From an uncultured Acidobacteriota bacterium (GTDB taxonomy: Bacteria; Acidobacteriota; Vicinamibacteria; Vicinamibacterales; UBA2999): a stretch of 64,000 nucleotides of DNA. The notes under the pieces are model-generated. The model had not been told where the DNA came from. It saw only the letters and a list, made by a program, of their open reading frames with translations, and did not search any database. Shown piece after piece: positions 59,360-64,000 of this stretch; positions within the stretch are counted from its first letter, which is position 1, and every line of letters starts with the position of its first letter. A program made the position numbers and the translations under genes. The stretch is taken from the NCBI GenBank assembly GCA_963772955.1, contig CAVYZF010000011.1, positions 571,025 to 635,024 of the forward strand, given 5' to 3'.

Positions 59360-60298
59360 TCAGCCGGCGCCCGCCGGCTTTCGCGCCGATCGCCGGGGTT
59401 CCGCGAAGATTTCGGTGCGGGCGGCGCTCGTGATGGCCGCGACAGCGGCGTGCTTCAATCGGCGCTCCACTGAGATCGCGTAGTACCGCTCCCGAACAGC
59501 CGATGTGCGTCCAACGACAACGACACGGTGACTGCGGAGGATTTCCGCCTCGATCGCCGTCGGGGCTGGAAACACCACCCGAATCCTTTCGCCGAACGTC
59601 GTGAGCAGCGCCGGGTCTTCGAACTCCCCGGCGACGAGCGGGCGCAGGTTTTCAGCCTCGAACCACTGCTCGAGCCCGCGCCGGAGCGACGTGTTGATCG
59701 TCGGCAGCAGCATGCGCGCGCCGGTGAGCGACGCTGGAAACCTCCGCTTCAACCGCTGCGCCAGCGCCCTCCCGGCGAAGAACGAGGTCCCCGATTCGCC
59801 GAGCAGGTGATTGAACACCTTGACACGGACGTGCGGTGCCGCCGGCGTATCGCTGATGACCACGTCGAGTGCGTGCGTCGCCAGCTGGGCCAGGAGTTGA
59901 TCGGGATTGTCCTCGTGGCAGCTGATCTGTACGGGCTCGGGGCTGTCGATCGCCGGACTCAACAGGCGATAGACGACCAGCTTGGGCACCGCGTTGGCCA
60001 CCCCGACCGCAAGCCTGGGTGCCCGACCCGACGGCCGGCCCTTGAGTGTCTCGAGCAGCTCGCCGCCAGCCGTGAAGATCTCGGACGCGTATCGGTCCAC
60101 GACACGGCCGACGTCCGTCAACACGAGCGTGCGCCCCTGCCGCTGGAACAGCCGCTCGCCAAGCGACTCCTCCAGCAGCTTGAGCTGCGCACTGATCGTC
60201 GGCTGCGACACGCGAAGCTTCTCCGCAGCCCGTGAGATCCGCCCCTCGCGCACGACGGTCCAGAAATACAGCAGGTGATGGTAGTTGAGCGTGGTCAT
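59360..60298 (-). CDS. LysR-family transcriptional regulator, NhaR-like
   Basis: Start at MTTLNYHHLLYFWTVVREGRISRAAEKLRVSQPTISAQLKLLE, which closely parallels the NhaR N-terminal wHTH. Confidence 0.85.
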   Translation of the reverse strand: MTTLNYHHLLYFWTVVREGRISRAAEKLRVSQPTISAQLKLLEESLGERLFQRQGRTLVLTDVGRVVDRYASEIFTAGGELLETLKGRPSGRAPRLAVGVANAVPKLVVYRLLSPAIDSPEPVQISCHEDNPDQLLAQLATHALDVVISDTPAAPHVRVKVFNHLLGESGTSFFAGRALAQRLKRRFPASLTGARMLLPTINTSLRRGLEQWFEAENLRPLVAGEFEDPALLTTFGERIRVVFPAPTAIEAEILRSHRVVVVGRTSAVRERYYAISVERRLKHAAVAAITSAARTEIFAEPRRSARKPAGAG

Positions 60299-60325
60299 CG
60301 GGTTCGCCGACAAACATAACAAGAA

Positions 60326-60346
60326 ACGAACTCGTCTTTACGAACT
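60326..60346. promoter_or_regulatory. direct repeat ACGAACT-N7-ACGAACT in the divergent LysR / P-type ATPase promoter region
   Basis: Read directly in the 109-bp AT-richer spacer (60299..60407). It is a possible regulator site; no functional evidence. Confidence 0.2.
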
Positions 60347-60407
60347 ATCTATTTGTCAATGGAACTGATGTCCACTATCGTCGCAACGCAGGAGTCGACA
60401 GAGACAT

Positions 60408-63107
60408 GTGACGAGGCGCGACACGATCGAGCAGACATCGGAGACTCCGGCGTGGCATACCTTGTCGGTCGATGCCGTCCTCGCGCGGCTCGAGACGCAT
60501 CCCACCGGCTTGACCACCGCCGTCGCGACTGAGCGTCTCGCGGTGCACGGCGCGAACGAACTGCAGACGCTGCGGACGCAGTCCGCCTGGCATACCTTCT
60601 TCGCTCAGTTTCAGAACGCGCTGATTCTGATTCTGCTCAGCGCCACCGTCGTCTCCGGGTTCCTCGGCCACACGCTCGAAGCGGTCGTCATCACCGTCAT
60701 CGTACTGTTCGCAGTGCTCCTCGGCTTCATCCAGGAACACCGCGCAGGCAAAGCGCTGGACGCACTGAGAAGAATGGCCGCCCCTTCTGCGCATGTGCTG
60801 CGCGATGGCGAGGAATCGGCGGTTCCCGCGCGCGATCTCGTGCCGGGAGACGTCGTGCTGCTGCGTGCTGGCGACCGCGTCCCTGCTGATGGACGCATCA
60901 TCGACGCCGTCAATCTGGCTGTTGACGAAGCCGCCCTCACCGGAGAATCCGCAGCGGCCAACAAGACGGCGACCGCGTTCGACGACGCGGGTATGCCGCT
61001 CGGCGACCGCAAGAACATGACGTACGCGGGGACGCTCGTCGTCCATGGGCGGGGCCACGCGGTCGTCGCGGCCACAGGCATGTCGACCGAGTTCGGCCGC
61101 ATCGCACGAATGGTGGAGACGGTCGAAGCCGGTCGAACCCCGCTGCAGGAAAACCTCGATCGGCTCGGCGGGACGCTGGCAAAGGCCGCCCTCGTCGTGG
61201 TCGCTCTCGTCGTGGTCATCGGACTCGCCCGCGGCCTGCCGGCGCTCGAGATGTTCATGTTCGGCATCGCCCTGGCGGTTGCCGTCGTGCCAGAGGCGCT
61301 GCCCGCCGTTGTCACGATCTCGCTTGCGATCGGCGTACGGCGGATGGTCAAGCGCAACGCCCTCGTCCGCCGCCTGCCCATCGTCGAGACGCTGGGCAGC
61401 ACGTCGGTCATCTGCTCCGACAAGACCGGGACGCTGACGAAGAACGAAATGACCGTCCGGCGCCTGTTTGCCGACGACCGCGTGCTCGATCTGTCTGGCA
61501 CCGGGTACGATCCCGAGGGCGCCGTACTCGACGAGGGCCGTGCGATCGACGCACCGACCGGTGTACGCGCCCTGCTGAGCGCAGCGACGCTCGCCTCGGA
61601 TGCTCGCCTCATCGCGCGCGATGGCCGCCATCACATCGAGGGCGATCCCACCGAGGGCGCCCTCGTGGTCGCGGCCATCAAGGCGGGACTGAGACCCGAC
61701 GTTCTGAACGCAGAGGAGCCGCGCGTCGCCGAAATTCCCTTCACCTCCGAGCGTCGCAGAATGACGACGCTGCACACGACCGCGGCGGGCTCGATGGCGT
61801 ACTCGAAAGGAGCCGCCGACGACATGGTGCCGAGTTGCACCAGCCTGTTGAGCCACGGGCAGGAGGTGGCGCTGACCGACGAGTGTCGCGATCACGTGCT
61901 CGGCGTCGAACGGCGAATGGCCAGCGAAGGCCTGCGCGTCCTGGCGGTCGCGCGTAAAGCCAGCGCATCCCTCGATGGCGCCGAAGAGCGGATGACGCTG
62001 CTCGGTCTCGTCGGGATGATGGATCCGCCGCGGGCAGAAGCTGGCGCGGCCGTCCGTGTCTGCGCCGACGCCGGCATCCACGCAATCATGATCACGGGCG
62101 ATCATCCGCTGACCGCAAGCGCGGTCGCGAGAGAGATCGGCGTGCTGCACGAGCAACGCGTGGTGACGGGGCGCGACCTCGACGCGATGAGCGATGCCGA
62201 TCTCCTGCGCAACGTGGGCGACATCGCGGTGTACGCGCGTGTGTCACCCGCCGACAAGCTCCGCGTGATCAGCGCCTGGCAGAGTCGCGGCGACGTCGTC
62301 GCCATGACCGGCGACGGCATCAACGATGCGCCGGCCCTCAAGAAGGCGGATGTCGGTATCGCCATGGGCATCGCCGGCACCGATGTCAGCAAGGAAGCGG
62401 CGGGGATGACACTCCTCGACGACAACTTCGCGACCATCGTCGCAGCCGTCGAAGAAGGGCGCATCGTCTTCGGAAACATCAAGAAGTATCTGACGTACCT
62501 GCTCTCGTGTAACGTCGGCGAGATTGTGCTGCTCGCGGGCAGCGTCATCGCCGGTCTCCCGATGCCGTTGAGCGCGGTGCAGATTCTCTACGTGAACCTC
62601 GCGACCGACGGCTTGCCGGCGCTCGCGCTTGCCGTCGATCCGCCGGAACAGGATTTGATGCGACGGCGGCCGAGGGACGCGCGGGTCGGTATCTTCACGC
62701 GGCCTGTTGTCGTCATGCTGATCGCGGCGGGTCTGTGGTCCGCCATCGTCAACGCCACGCTGTTCATAGGCCTGCTCCGCGCCGGGCGTCCGCTGCCGGA
62801 AGTCATGTCAATGACTTTCGTGTCGCTCGTACTGATTCAGTTCTTCAACGCCTACAACTGCCGATCAGATCGGTTGTCGGTTTTTCGCTCGCCCTTTGCC
62901 AACCGCTGGCTCAACATCGCGGTGTCGTGGGAGATGGTCCTGCTCGTTGTCATCATCTACGTGCCCTTCTTTCAGCGCGCGTTCGGCACGTTCAGCCTCT
63001 CCGCCGCAGACTGGATGCTGGCCACGATCCTGGCCTTCTCCGTCGTGCCCGTGCTGGAAGTCTTGAAGTGGGCAGCACGCCGAGGCTGGTTCGGAGAACT
63101 GGTCTGA
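60408..63107 (+). CDS. cation-transporting P-type ATPase (P2-type, Ca2+/Na+/Mg2+ class)
   Basis: 899 aa with a GTG start. Motifs TGES, ICSDKTGTLTKNEM, MITGDHPLTA and TGDGINDAPALKKADVGIAMG. Confidence 0.92.
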   Translation: MTRRDTIEQTSETPAWHTLSVDAVLARLETHPTGLTTAVATERLAVHGANELQTLRTQSAWHTFFAQFQNALILILLSATVVSGFLGHTLEAVVITVIVLFAVLLGFIQEHRAGKALDALRRMAAPSAHVLRDGEESAVPARDLVPGDVVLLRAGDRVPADGRIIDAVNLAVDEAALTGESAAANKTATAFDDAGMPLGDRKNMTYAGTLVVHGRGHAVVAATGMSTEFGRIARMVETVEAGRTPLQENLDRLGGTLAKAALVVVALVVVIGLARGLPALEMFMFGIALAVAVVPEALPAVVTISLAIGVRRMVKRNALVRRLPIVETLGSTSVICSDKTGTLTKNEMTVRRLFADDRVLDLSGTGYDPEGAVLDEGRAIDAPTGVRALLSAATLASDARLIARDGRHHIEGDPTEGALVVAAIKAGLRPDVLNAEEPRVAEIPFTSERRRMTTLHTTAAGSMAYSKGAADDMVPSCTSLLSHGQEVALTDECRDHVLGVERRMASEGLRVLAVARKASASLDGAEERMTLLGLVGMMDPPRAEAGAAVRVCADAGIHAIMITGDHPLTASAVAREIGVLHEQRVVTGRDLDAMSDADLLRNVGDIAVYARVSPADKLRVISAWQSRGDVVAMTGDGINDAPALKKADVGIAMGIAGTDVSKEAAGMTLLDDNFATIVAAVEEGRIVFGNIKKYLTYLLSCNVGEIVLLAGSVIAGLPMPLSAVQILYVNLATDGLPALALAVDPPEQDLMRRRPRDARVGIFTRPVVVMLIAAGLWSAIVNATLFIGLLRAGRPLPEVMSMTFVSLVLIQFFNAYNCRSDRLSVFRSPFANRWLNIAVSWEMVLLVVIIYVPFFQRAFGTFSLSAADWMLATILAFSVVPVLEVLKWAARRGWFGELV

Positions 63108-63116
63108 CACCCGCCT

Positions 63117-64000
63117 CTATTCGTCGCGCAGCACGACGACTGGATTGACGCGCGTCGCGCGCTGCGCGGGGATGAAGCAGGCAAGAGCGGCGACGCTGGT
63201 GATGGCCGCTGCCACAGCAACGAGCGTTGCGGGATCGTTGGGCCCGACATCGAAGAGCAACGACGCCATCAGCCGTGTCAGCGCGAACGCGCCTGCCATA
63301 CCAGCGGCGAGACCAACGAGCGCGAGCTGCAGACCCTGCCCCATGATGTGACGCAACACCGAAGCACGCTCGGCTCCGAGCGCCATGCGAATGCCGATCT
63401 CACGCCGACGCTCCGTCACCAGGTACGACAGGAGTCCATACGTTCCGATCGAGGCCAGGAACAGTGCCAGCGCGGCGAATCCTCCAAGGAGCTGAGCCAG
63501 CAGTCGCGGACGACTGAGCGACTCACGGACAACGGCATCCATGTCGCGCAACTTGATGACCGGCAATGACGGATCGACTTCCCGCACGATGCCTTCAATC
63601 GCGGTCCCAAGCGTCGCGATCGGCACCGCGGTCCGCAGGACGATGTTCAGATCGCCGCCGCCTACCTGCACGTCGGGATAGAGCCGGGGGAACTGATCGA
63701 GTAGAAAATACAGTTCGGTCCCCGTCTTCTGATCGACGCCTCCCTGCTTGACGTCCTTCGCAACACCAACCACCGTGAGCCAGGGGATCTGATCGCCGCA
63801 GCACTGGCGAATCTGCTGACCGATCGGGTTGCGGTCCTTCCAGAACGTTCGAACGAGCGTCTCGTTCACGATCGCAACCGCCCCGCCAATCGCGTCACCA
63901 GGCTCGAAGCCACGACCCTCGACAATCGGGACGCCCATCGTCTCGAAGTAACCCTGCGTGACGCGCTGGTAGTAGTCGACGTTCTCGAACGGTCCCTGCT
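63117..64000 (-). CDS. FtsX-like ABC transporter permease (MacB/ADOP type), 5' end outside the window
   Basis: The frame stays open upstream of the listed Met to the window edge (...YYQRVTQGYFETMGVPIVEGR). The C-terminal FtsX domain has TERRREIGIRMALGA. Confidence 0.8.
   Translation of the reverse strand, partial: QGPFENVDYYQRVTQGYFETMGVPIVEGRGFEPGDAIGGAVAIVNETLVRTFWKDRNPIGQQIRQCCGDQIPWLTVVGVAKDVKQGGVDQKTGTELYFLLDQFPRLYPDVQVGGGDLNIVLRTAVPIATLGTAIEGIVREVDPSLPVIKLRDMDAVVRESLSRPRLLAQLLGGFAALALFLASIGTYGLLSYLVTERRREIGIRMALGAERASVLRHIMGQGLQLALVGLAAGMAGAFALTRLMASLLFDVGPNDPATLVAVAAAITSVAALACFIPAQRATRVNPVVVLRDE

Noticed and set aside
60375-62156. Long antisense ORFs: the 593-aa ORF here, plus 20930..22306, 8060..9559, 12413..13912 and 28854..30239.
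   Set aside because: Each lies opposite a gene with unambiguous family motifs (P-type ATPase, treS, tkt, MBL, histidine kinase). Their composition is the Arg/Asp/His-rich pattern expected for non-coding frames in GC-rich DNA.

Overview
High-GC (about 65%) bacterial chromosome segment. The gene content looks Acidobacteria-like (CRTAC1/ASPIC-UnbV proteins, FtsX/ADOP-type permease, DUF6152-like genes). It is densely packed with about 50 genes. I found no rRNA, tRNA, CRISPR array, transposase or integrase. Contents in order:
- 1.0-11.4 kb, minus strand: one long tightly spaced gene string, GAF-like gene, zwf, small ORF, tkt, tal, gnd, ROK kinase, histidine phosphatase, cydA, cydB.
- 11.5-18.6 kb: nfo, a secreted MBL-fold hydrolase, a cobS/cobT-like AAA+/VWA pair, and a CBS-GGDEF-EAL protein.
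- 18.9-26.2 kb: glgX-treS-glycosyltransferase, followed by two mechanosensitive-channel-type membrane proteins.
- 26.2-31.7 kb: small CPXCG zinc protein, ACAD-like flavoenzyme, DUF2142 membrane protein, hybrid histidine kinase.
- 32-38 kb: operon of two FG-GAP/ASPIC-UnbV proteins plus an RnfD/NqrB-like membrane protein.
- 38-42.7 kb: actP/DUF485, two secreted unknowns, and a MetE-like methyltransferase.
- 42.7-44.4 kb: a stand-alone ZnF-UBP gene tail-to-tail with a GG-terminated MoaD/ThiS-like gene that is translationally coupled to a six-Asp-box beta-propeller.
- 44.5-50 kb: ABC exporter, a secreted unknown, and an AcuI/acyl-CoA synthetase divergent pair.
- 50-58 kb, accessory-looking lipid cluster: adenylate-forming ligase, two membrane desaturases, a methyltransferase, YfiR-like protein, TonB-dependent receptor, and a LuxI-fold N-acyl amino acid synthase-like gene with an 11-bp-arm perfect palindrome upstream.
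- 59-64 kb: NhaR-like LysR regulator with a P-type ATPase, and a truncated FtsX permease.

About ten single-base reading-frame breaks interrupt otherwise clearly recognisable genes. Six of them fall within 51.9-54.7 kb. From sequence alone I cannot separate assembly error from real gene decay.

The two most system-like candidates are the Ubl-GG / ZnF-UBP / beta-propeller module and the N-acyl-lipid cluster. All family assignments come from reading motifs by eye; no database search was run.
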